Assembly (NCBI GenBank): GCA_004431415.1
Contig: QPMI01000629.1
Span: 79,448-143,447, forward strand
From: Cyanophora paradoxa CCMP329
Taxonomy: Eukaryota > Plantae > Glaucophyta
DNA: 64,000 nt
Reading direction: 5' to 3'
Shown here: piece after piece, positions 13,272 to 24,312 of the stretch
Position numbering within the stretch: the first letter of the stretch is position 1
Layout: the number at the start of each line of letters is the position of its first letter
Translations under genes and position numbers: made by a program
Notes under the pieces: generated by a model
Told to the model about the DNA's origin: nothing
The model's input: the letters and a program-made list of their open reading frames with translations, nothing else
Database searches by the model: none

Positions 13272-14960
13272 ACGGACCGGCCGCTCCTAGGGCCGCGTGG
13301 CGGGTTCCGGGTACGGCGCATGTACCCCCCGCTCTGGGCCTGCAGGCGGGCGAAGATCTCTCAAAGTCGAGCGAGAATTCGAAGGGAGCGAGGCGAGGGC
13401 GGACCGGCCGCTCCTAGGGCCGCGTGGCGGGTTCCGGGTACGGCGCATGTACCCCCCGCTCTGGGCCTGCAGGCGGGCGGGCAAAGATCTCTCAAAGTCG
13501 AGCGAGGAGGGAGCGGGGTGAGGCCGTACGCGTACGCCTACTGCCGCGGTTGCGATTGCGATCGAAAACGTGTAACGTCACCAGTGAATTTGCCCTGAGC
13601 CTCGGCGGCCTGCGCCGCGGCGCGCGAGCTTCAAGCCACGCGCTTGCAATCAGCTATGAGCGGTGCCATGGCCGATAAAGCAAAAATACACGCACGCGTA
13701 CACGTGCTGTATTCGCGTTACAGGAATCTTACACCTTGTCTCGGCACATCTACAGGGGGCCGCGGGCCGGTCAATCGCAGGTGGAGGCTGGTCGATCGAA
13801 ATCAGAGCTTGGGGAGACGGCGAATCGACCGGTACCCGTTCCTAGAGGAAATTGGCGGGCTCCGGGTACGGGACCTGTAACCCGTGGGCGCTTTGGTATC
13901 GGGCGCTGGGCTTCGGCGGCGGCGGGAGGGGGCGGGGAGAGGAGGGGGTACGGACGGGGGGGCGGGCATTGCCGCTCAAGGCCCGCCTGGTCGATTCCGG
14001 CTACGGCGCCTGTACCCCTTGTCGTCGACGGGTCTGCGCGCTCTCGGTGAGAAGAGGGAGTTGGCAAAAGCGTGAGGGGGTGGGGAAAGGAGGGGGTAAG
14101 GGCGAACCGAGCCTCGCCGCTTAAGGCCCGCCTGGTCGATTCCGGCCACGGGGCCTGTACCCGAGTTTGATTCTCGTTGGGAGAAAAGAGGCCAGCAGAT
14201 GACAGTCGAGGCGTGGCGGCGGAGGAAGGGAGAAGGCAGTGTGTGAGAGAGAGGGGTACACAAACCGTGCCCGGAATCGACCACGCCGCCTAGAGCACGA
14301 GCTGCGCATGCGAGTTGATTGAGCGGTCCGGGCCGCCGAGTGAGAGGCGGGCGGAGAGCGCGAGAAGAGGGCGAGAGAGGGGTACACAAACCGTGCCCGG
14401 AATCGACCAGGCCGCCCCTAACGCAGGTCGACGTCAGCGGCTTAAGGAGACGGCAAATCGACCCGCGGCCGCTCTGAACTTCGAGCAAAGTGGCGGGTTC
14501 CGTACGGGACCTGTACCCCGCGTTTTGGCGCAGGAGGAGGCCGGTCGATCGAAATCAGAGCTTGGGGAGACGGCAAAAATAGATTTACTGAAATCGACCT
14601 GGCCCACTCTAAGCGAACTTTGCGTACGCCCACGGCGCCGCGCGCGGCATGCAAATGCGCGGCTGCCGCAGTGCAGCGCTATAGCAGGCCGGAGGCCGGA
14701 GATCTAGTTCAGACCTCGCCTCGCTCCCTCCTCGCTCGACCTTGAGTGATCTTTGCCCGCCCGCAGGCCAGAGCGGGGGGTACATGCGCCGTACCCGGAA
14801 CCCGCCACGCGGCCCTAGGAGCGGCCGGTCCGCCCTCGCCTCGCTCCCTTCTCGCTCGACCTTGAGTGATCTTGATTTAGCTTCGCCCGCCCGCAGGCCC
14901 AGAGCCGGGGGTACATGCGCCGTACCCGGAACCCGCCACGCGGCCCTAGAAGCGGCCGGC
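13272..14960. mobile_element. Inverted-repeat-bounded non-coding (MITE/foldback-like) unit: two ~129-bp tandem units on the left, two inverted units on the right
   Basis: GGACCGGCCGCTCCTAGGGCCGCGTGGCGGGTTCCGGGTACGGCGCATGTACCCC at ~13274 and ~13402; reverse complements at ~14760-14832 and ~14890-14958. The interior has satellite-like GGTCGATTCCGG / CCGGAATCGACC motifs in both orientations. Confidence 0.6.
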
Positions 14961-15069
14961 GGGGCATTCGCGTGCCAGCACGGGCGGCGAGCGAGCACGT
15001 GCTGCGCTGCTAGGGGCGCTCTCCACCTCGGGAACCTCTGGGTAGCCGTTAGAGAGGGGGTGCGAGTCA

Positions 15070-18000
15070 GTGATAGATGAGGCGAGCGGCGGGGGGCAGG
15101 GGAAGCAAGGGCACGGACGGAAAGAGCCTGGCCGCTTATGGCCCGCCTGGTCGATTCCGGCAACGGCGCCTGTACCCCTTCGACGGCTGCGGGGCTTAAG
15201 CCTGCGGGCTCTCAGTGAGACGAGACGCGGGGGGAGGGGTGCGGGTCGCGGGTAGGGGAAGGTACGACGGACCGAGGCTCGCTGCTTATGGCCCGCCTGG
15301 TCGATTCCGGCAACGGCGCCTGTACCCCCTCGGCGGCGCCCCTGCTGCGAGCCAGGCTGCGAGACGGACAGAACGCCGAGTGAGCGAGGACGGGGCGCGC
15401 GAGGGGGCGCGAGGGGGGTACACGGACCGTTGCCGGAATCGACCAAGATGCCCCTAGTGCGAGCTAGGGGCGAGGGGCGCGGGTCAGGATAGGGGAGGGT
15501 ACGGACGGAAAGAGCCTGGCCGCTTATGGCCCGCCTGGTCGATTCCGGCAACGGCGCCTGTACCCCTTCGACGGCTGCGGGGCTTAAGCCTGCGGGCTCT
15601 CAGTGAGACGAGACGCGGGGGGAGGGGTGCAGGTCGCGGGTAGGGGAGGGTACGACGGACCGAGGCTCGCTGCTTATGGCCCGCCTGGTCGATTCCGGCA
15701 ACGGCGCCTGTACCCCCTCGGCCGCGCCCCTGCTGCGAGCCAGCTGCTGCGAGCCGTACGGGCCGTCGAGTGAGCGAGGGCGGGGCGCGCGAGGGCCGGG
15801 GACGCGAGGGGGGTACACGGACCGTTGCCGGAATCGACCAAGACGCCCCTACTGCGAGCCAGCTGCTGCGAGACGGACAGGCCGCCGATTGAGCGAGGGC
15901 GGGGCGCGCGAGGGCCGGGGACGCGAGGGGGGTACACGGACCGTTGCCGGAATCGACCAAGACGCCCCTACTGCGGGCTAGCGCTGCGAGACGACCGGCC
16001 GCCGAGTGAGCGAGGGCGGGGCGCGCGAGGGGGCGCGAGGGGGGTACACGGACCGTTGCCGGAATCGACCAAGACGCCCCTACTGCGAGCCAGCTGCTGC
16101 GAGACGGACAGGCCGTCGAGTGAGCGAGGGCGGGGCGCGCGAGGGCCGGGGACGCGAGGGGGGTACACGGACCGTTGCCGGAATCGACCAAGACGCCCCT
16201 ACTGCGAGCCAGCTGCTGCGAGACGGACAGGACGCCGAGTGAGCGAGGGCGGGGCGCGCGAGGGCGCGCGAGGGGGGTACACGGACCGTTGCCGGAATCG
16301 ACCAAGACGCCTTTACTGCGAGCTTCGGGGGGCCGAGCCGCTGAATGAGGGTGGCCCTTCCCGCGCTGCTGCGGGGCCGTGAGCGTGCCGGCGCAGGCAC
16401 CGAGCGAGCGCGGGCGGCGCTGCGGGGGGCGCGCACAAGCTCGGGGTTCAAAGGAAGGGTGCAGCGGAAGGCGTTGCAGAACCCGCCCAAAATTCGAAGC
16501 GCCGAGGGGAGCACGAGTCAGTGCTCACGGCGGACGGCTTGGCCGCGGGCGGGGTGCATAGTGGGCGCCACAGCTCGAACTTCGCGCCAGAGAGCTCGTC
16601 TGGCCGATACCGACCACGGCGCCTGTACTCCTCGACGGGCCTGACTCAGTGACGGAGCTCTCGATTAGATGAGGCGAGCGGCGCGGGGCAGGGGAAGCAA
16701 GGGTACGGACGGAAAGAGCCTGGCCGCTTATGGCCCGCTTGGTCGATTCCGGCAACGGCGCCTGTACCCCCTCGACGGCTGCAGGGCTTAATTATAAGCC
16801 TGCGGGCTCTCGGCCGCGGTGTAACGAGACGCGGGGGGAGGGGTGCAGATCGGGATAAGGGAGGGTACGACGGACCGAGGCTCGCTGCTTATGGCCCGCC
16901 TGGTCGATTCCGGCAACGGCGCCTGTACCCCCTCGGCGGCGCCCCTGCTGCGAGCCAGCTGCTACGAGCCGTACGGGCCGTCGAGTGAGCGAGGGCGGAG
17001 CGCGCGAGGGCCGGGGGCGCGAGAGGGGTACACGGACCGTTGCCGGAATCGACCAAGACGCCCCTACTGCGGGCTAGCGCTGCGAGGCGAGACGACCGGC
17101 CGCCGAGTGAGCGAGGCGGGGCGCGCGAGGGCCGGGGACGCGAGGGGTACACGGACCGTTGCCGGAATCGACCAAGACGCCCCTACTGCGAGCCAGCTGC
17201 TGCGAGACGGACAGGCCGTCGAGTGAGCGAGGGCGGGGCGCGCGAGGGCCGGGGGCGCGAGGGGGGTACACGGACCGTTGCCGGAATCGACCAAGACGCC
17301 CCTACTGCGAGCCAGCTGCTGCGAGACGGACAGGCCGTCGAGTGAGCGAGGGCGGGGCGCGCGAGGGCCGGGGGCGCGAGGGGGGTACACGGACCGTTGC
17401 CGGAATCGACCAAGACGCCTTTACTGCGAGCTTCGGGGGGCCGAGCCGCTGAATGAGGGTGGCCCTTCCCGCGCTGCTGCGGGGCCGTGAGCGTGCCGGC
17501 GCAGGCACCGAGCGAGCGCGGGCGGCGCTGCGGGGGGCGCGCACAAGCTCGGGGTTCAAAGGAAGGGGTGCAGCGGAAGGCGTTGCAGAACCCGCCCAAA
17601 ATTCGAAGCGCCGAGGGGAGCACGAGTCAGTGCTCACGGCGGACGGCTTGGCCGCGGGCGGGGTGCATAGTGGGCGCCACAGCTCGAACTTCGCGCCAGA
17701 GAGCTCGTCTGGCCGATACCGACCACGGCGCCTGTACTCCTCGACGGGCCTGACTCAGTGACGGAGCTCTCGATTAGATGAGGCGAGCGGCGCGGGGCAG
17801 GGGAAGCAAGGGTACGGACGGAAAGAGCCTGGCCGCTTATGGCCCGCTTGGTCGATTCCGGCAACGGCGCCTGTACCCCCTCGACGGCTGCAGGGCTTAA
17901 TTATAAGCCTGCGGGCTCTCGGCCGCGGTGTAACGAGACGCGGGGGGAGGGGTGCAGATCGGGATAAGGGAGGGTACGACGGACCGAGGCTCGCTGCTTA

Positions 18001-21000
18001 TGGCCCGCCTGGTCGATTCCGGCAACGGCGCCTGTACCCCCTCGGCGGCGCCCCTGCTGCGAGCCAGCTGCTACGAGCCGTACGGGCCGTCGAGTGAGCG
18101 AGGGCGGAGCGCGCGAGGGCCGGGGGCGCGAGAGGGGTACACGGACCGTTGCCGGAATCGACCAAGACGCCCCTACTGCGGGCTAGCGCTGCGAGGCGAG
18201 ACGACCGGCCGCCGAGTGAGCGAGGGCGGGGCGCGCGAGGGCCGGGGACGCGAGGGGGTACACGGACCGTTGCCGGAATCGACCAAGACGCCCCTACTGC
18301 GAGCCAGCTGCTGCGAGACGGACAGGCCGTCGAGTGAGCGAGGGCGGGGCGCGCGAGGGCCGGGGCGCGAGGGGGGTACACGGACCGTTGCCGGAATCGA
18401 CCAAGACGCCCCTACTGCGAGCCAGCTGCTGCGAGACGGACAGGCCGCCGAGTGAGCGAGGGCGGGGCGCGCGAGGGCCGGGGGCGCGAGGGGGGTACAC
18501 GGACCGTTGCCGGAATCGACCAAGACGCCCCTACTGCGAGCTTCGGGGGCCGAGCCGCTGAATGAGGGTGGCCCTTCCCGCGCTGCTGCGGGGCCGTGAG
18601 CGTGCCGGCGCAGGCACCGAGCGAGCGCGGCGGCGCTGCGGGGGGCGCGCACAAGCTCGGGGTTCAAAGGAAGGGGTGCAGCGGAAGGCGTTGCAGAACC
18701 CGCCCAAAATTCGAAGCGCCGAGGGAGCACGAGTCAGTGCTCACGGCGGACGGCTTGGCCGCGGGCGGGGTGCATAGTGGGCGCCACAGCTCGAACTTCG
18801 CGCCAGAGAGCTCGTCTGGCCGATACCGACCACGGCGCCTGTACTCCTCGACGGGCCTGACTCAGTGACGGAGCTCTCGATTAGATGAGGCGAGCGGCGC
18901 GGGCAGGGGAAGCAAGGGTACGGACGGAAAGAGCCTGGCCGCTTATGGCCCGCTTGGTCGATTCCGGCAACGGCGCCTGTACCCCCTCGACGGCTGCAGG
19001 GCTTAATTATAAGCCTGCGGGCTCTCGGCCGCGGTGTAACGAGACGCGGGGGGAGGGGTGCAGATCGGGATAAGGGAGGGTACGACGGACTGAGGCTCGC
19101 TGCTTATGGCCCGCCTGGTCGATTCCGGCAACGGCGCCTGTACCCCCTCGGCGGCGCCCCTGCTGCGAGCCAGCTGCTACGAGCCGTACGGGCCGTCGAG
19201 TGAGCGAGGGCGGAGCGCGCGAGGGCCGGGGGCGCGAGAGGGGTACACGGACCGTTGCCGGAATCGACCAAGACGCCCCTACTGCGGGCTAGCGCTGCGA
19301 GGCGAGACGACCGGCCGCCGAGTGAGCGAGGGCGGGGCGCGCGAGGGCCGGGGACGCGAGGGGGTACACGGACCGTTGCCGGAATCGACCAAGACGCCCC
19401 TACTGCGAGCCAGCTGCTGCGAGACGGACAGGCCGTCGAGTGAGCGAGGGCGGGGCGCGCGAGGGCCGGGGGCGCGAGGGGGGTACACGGACCGTTGCCG
19501 GAATCGACCAAGACGCCCCTACTGCGAGCCAGCTGCTGCGAGACGGACAGGCCGTCGAGTGAGCGAGGGCGGGGCGCGCGAGGGCCGGGGGCGCGAGGGG
19601 GGTACACGGACCGTTGCCGGAATCGACCAAGACGCCTTTACTGCGAGCTTCGGGGGCCGAGCCGCTGAATGAGGGTGGCCCTTCCCGCGCTGCTGCGGGG
19701 CCGTGAGCGTGCCGGCGCAGGCACCGAGCGAGCGCGGGCGGCGCTGCGGGGGGCGCGCACAAGCTCGGGGTTCAAAGGAAGGGGTGCAGCGGAAGGCGTT
19801 GCAGAACCCGCCCAAAATTCGAAGCGCCGAGGGGAGCACGAGTCAGTGCTCACGGCGGACGGCTTGGCCGCGGGCGGGGTGCATAGTGGGCGCCACAGCT
19901 CGAACTTCGCGCCAGAGAGCTCGTCTGGCCGATACCGACCACGGCGCCTGTACTCCTCGACGGGCCTGACTCAGTGACGGAGCTCTCGATTAGATGAGGC
20001 GAGCGGCGCGGGGCAGGGGAAGCAAGGGTACGGACGGAAAGAGCCTGGCCGCTTATGGCCCGCCTGGTCGATTCCGGCAACGGCGCCTGTACCCCTTCGA
20101 CGGCTGCGGGGCTTAAGCCTGCGGGCTCTCAGTGAGACGAGACGCGGGGGGAGGGGTGCAGGTCGCGGGTAGGGGAGGGTACGACGGACCGAGGCTCGCT
20201 GCTTATGGCCCGCCTGGTCGATTCCGGCAACGGCGCCTGTACCCCCTCGGCCGCGCCCCTGCTGCGAGCCAGCTGCTGCGAGCCGTACGGGCCGTCGAGT
20301 GAGCGAGGGCGGGGCGCGCGAGGGCCGGGGACGCGAGGGGGGTACACGGACCGTTGCCGGAATCGACCAAGACGCCCCTACTGCGAGCCAGCTGCTGCGA
20401 GACGGACAGGCCGCCGATTGAGCGAGGGCGGGGCGCGCGAGGGCCGGGGACGCGAGGGGGGTACACGGACCGTTGCCGGAATCGACCAAGACGCCCCTAC
20501 TGCGGGCTAGCGCTGCGAGACGACCGGCCGCCGAGTGAGCGAGGGCGGGGCGCGCGAGGGGGCGCGAGGGGGGTACACGGACCGTTGCCGGAATCGACCA
20601 AGACGCCCCTACTGCGAGCCAGCTGCTGCGAGACGGACAGGCCGCCGAGTGAGCGAGGGCGGGGCGCGCGAGGGCGCGCGAGGGGGGTACACGGACCGTT
20701 GCCGGAATCGACCAAGACGCCTTTACTGCGAGCTTCGGGGGGCCGAGCCGCTGAATGAGGGTGGCCCTTCCCGCGCTGCTGCGGGGCCGTGAGCGTGCCG
20801 GCGCAGGCACCGAGCGAGCGCGGGCGGCGCTGCGGGGGCGCGCACAAGCTCGGGGTTCAAAGGAAGGGTGCAGCGGAAGGCGTTGCAGAACCCGCCCAAA
20901 ATTCGAAGCGCCGAGGGGAGCACGAGTCAGTGCTCACGGCGGACGGCTTGGCCGCGGGCGGGGTGCATAGTGGGCGCCACAGCTCGAACTTCGCGCCAGA

Positions 21001-22950
21001 GAGCTCGTCTGGCCGATACCGACCACGGCGCCTGTACTCCTCGACGGGCCTGACTCAGTGACGGAGCTCTCGATTAGATGAGGCGAGCGGCGCGGGCAGG
21101 GGAAGCAAGGGTACGGACGGAAAGAGCCTGGCCGCTTATGGCCCGCTTGGTCGATTCCGGCAACGGCGCCTGTACCCCCTCGACGGCTGCAGGGCTTAAT
21201 TATAAGCCTGCGGGCTCTCGGCCGCGGTGTAACGAGACGCGGGGAGGGGTGCAGATCGGGATAAGGGAGGGTACGACGGACCGAGGCTCGCTGCTTATGG
21301 CCCGCCTGGTCGATTCCGGCAACGGCGCCTGTACCCCTCGGCGGCGCCCCTGCTGCGAGCCAGCTGCTACGAGCCGTACGGGCCGTCGAGTGAGCGAGGG
21401 CGGAGCGCGCGAGGGCCGGGGCGCGAGAGGGGTACACGGACCGTTGCCGGAATCGACCAAGACGCCCCTACTGCGGGCTAGCGCTGCGAGGCGAGACGAC
21501 CGGCCGCCGAGTGAGCGAGGGCGGGGCGCGCGAGGGCCGGGGACGCGAGGGGGTACACGGACCGTTGCCGGAATCGACCAAGACGCCCCTACTGCGAGCC
21601 AGCTGCTGCGAGACGGACAGGCCGTCGAGTGAGCGAGGGCGGGGCGCGCGAGGGCCGGGGGCGCGAGGGGGGTACACGGACCGTTGCCGGAATCGACCAA
21701 GACGCCTTTACTGCGAGCTTCGGGGGCCGAGCCGCTGAATGAGGGTGGCCCTTCCCGCGCTGCTGCGGGCCGTGAGCGTGCCGGCGCAGGCACCGAGCGA
21801 GCGCGGGCGGCGCTGCGGGGGCGCGCACAAGCTCGGGGTTCAAAGGAAGGGGTGCAGCGGAAGGCGTTGCAGAACCCGCCCAAAATTCGAAGCGCCGAGG
21901 GGAGCACGAGTCAGTGCTCACGGCGGACGGCTTGGCCGCGGGCGGGGTGCATAGTGGGCGCCACAGCTCGAACTTCGCGCCAGAGAGCTCGTCTGGCCGA
22001 TACCGACCACGGCGCCTGTACTCCTCGACGGGCCTGACTCAGTGACGGAGCTCTCGATTAGATGAGGCGAGCGGCGCGGGGCAGGGGAAGCAAGGGTACG
22101 GACGGAAAGAGCCTGGCCGCTTATGGCCCGCTTGGTCGATTCCGGCAACGGCGCCTGTACCCCCTCGACGGCTGCAGGGCTTAATTATAAGCCTGCGGGC
22201 TCTCGGCCGCGGTGTAACGAGACGCGGGGGGAGGGGTGCAGATCGGGATAAGGGAGGGTACGACGGACCGAGGCTCGCTGCTTATGGCCCGCCTGGTCGA
22301 TTCCGGCAACGGCGCCTGTACCCCCTCGGCGGCGCCCCTGCTGCGAGCCAGCTGCTACGAGCCGTACGGGCCGTCGAGTGAGCGAGGGCGGAGCGCGCGA
22401 GGGCCGGGGGCGCGAGAGGGGTACACGGACCGTTGCCGGAATCGACCAAGACGCCCCTACTGCGGGCTAGCGCTGCGAGGCGAGACGACCGGCCGCCGAG
22501 TGAGCGAGGGCGGGGCGCGCGAGGGCCGGGGACGCGAGGGGGTACACGGACCGTTGCCGGAATCGACCAAGACGCCCCTACTGCGAGCCAGCTGCTGCGA
22601 GACGGACAGGCCGTCGAGTGAGCGAGGGCGGGGCGCGCGAGGGCCGGGGGCGCGAGGGGGATACACGGACCGTTGCCGGAATCGACCAAGACGCCCCTAC
22701 TGCGAGCCAGCTGCTGCGAGACGGACAGGCCGCCGAGTGAGCGAGGGCGGGGCGCGCGAGGGCCGGGGACGCGAGGGGGGTACACGGACCGTTGCCGGAA
22801 TCGACCAAGACGCCCCTACTGCGAGCCAGCTGCTGCGAGACGGACAGGCCGCCGAGTGAGCGAGAGCGGGGCGCGCGAGGGCCGGGGACGCGAGGGGGGT
22901 ACACGGACCGTTGCCGGAATCGACCAAGACGCCCCTACTGCGAGCTGCGG
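15070..22950. repeat. Hierarchical satellite: ~119-bp monomer, ~1.1-kb higher-order unit, ~4.5-kb third level
   Basis: The monomer core GGGGTACACGGACCGTTGCCGGAATCGACCAAGACGCC recurs every ~119 bp. GAGCTCTCGATTAGATGAGG is at ~16656, 17765, 18872, 19980, 21064, 22048. The variant GGCTTAAGCCTGCGGGCTCTCAGTGAG is at 15581 and ~20110. Confidence 0.95.
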
Positions 22951-24312
22951 GGTGTACAGGTCTTCGAGTGAGAGGGGGCGGACGCTGACGAGGCGCTAAG
23001 GCGGTAGAATGGACGTACCCGTAATCGACCGTGGCGCCTACACTGCGAGCTGCCTTGAGAGACCGGCCGCCGCGCGCTCTAGATCTGAGTCTGCACGCGC
23101 TGGCCATGGCGCAGCGCGTCATGCATGCATTGCACGCACGCGCAGAAGCGTGCGCATGCAGCTCTGACCCTACGCCTGTCGGGAGTCCGGAGGCTCCCGG
23201 GAATCCGGAAGCCGCCGGGAATCCCGGTCTGCGGCGCGGGATTCCCGCGCGCCTAGCGCTGCCGGGAATCCAAAAGCCTGCCACGTGCACCGGGAACCCC
23301 GAAGGCGCTGGGAATCTCGTAAGCGTGAGATATTGCTTTCCGACGGCGCGCGCCCGCGGCCGAGCAGCCGAGCTCACGCGCGCCCGAGCTCGCGCTCGAG
23401 GCGCGGGCGCGGCGGGCATCTAAGAGCGAGGGGACGGTGGTCAGCGCATGCCACAAGCTCTAATGGGATCTTATTTACCGCTTGGAGGGCCGAGGAGCCC
23501 GTTGCTGAGAGAGTCAAAGTCGATGGTGCGCCGGCACACCATCGAAACGTTGCAAACTGGCCAGGGGGGAGCGGTGGGGGGGAGGGAGTAGGGGGGGTGG
23601 AACTGGAGCCACGTTGTCGCTACAACGTGGGTCAGATCTCAAGCCTGCGATCAGAATTTGAGGAACCAGAAGTTGCGAAACTACTACTACTACTAGGCTA
23701 GCCAAGGCGGCATGTAGGCGGCCTTGTTGCAATTGCCGCATGCGCATGCGCAGTGCGCCTTAGCTATAGAGCAATTACAACTACACGTGCACGTAGCCTA
23801 GCTATAGTAGCTTCGCCTAGTAGGGTAGTATGATCGATACGCGATATATGCCATACCGGACGTACCCCCCGTGAAGTAGGGGTTAGATGAATTAATGGAC
23901 CCGCACTAACACCGCGCAAGACGTCGGGGGGGCCCCTTCTAGCCCCTGGTATTTTTAGTGCGGCATAATGACCCGGTCCTGGGACCCTCGATCACGACTT
24001 CCGGGGGAGCCCCTTCCCTAGGAGAGGGGGGAAAGACGCGAGCAAGCGAGCCGGCGACGCCGGATTCGTGCACTACGCTCCCGGCTGCGCTAGTAGCGCG
24101 CTTGCAGCCGGCAGCGGGCGAGCCGGTGCGGCGGTGGGGCGAGATCAAATCGAGAGCGACTCCTGATCACCGAATCGGTGACTCACGAGTCGCTATGGGG
24201 GGGGGGTACAGCTAGCCGTTGGCGCGGGGGCCCCGGCGGGCGCCCTTAAAGAGATCCCGGGAGCGGCTCGAGGCTCGGGGATGGCAGAGGGGCGCGCGGG
24301 AACGCCCGTGGG

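Noticed and set aside
15070-22950. CRISPR-like array (conserved core with intervening sequence); also considered for the 30-33 kb and 45.6-47 kb arrays
   Set aside because: The intervening sequences are themselves repeated rather than unique spacers, there are no cas genes, and the context is eukaryotic.
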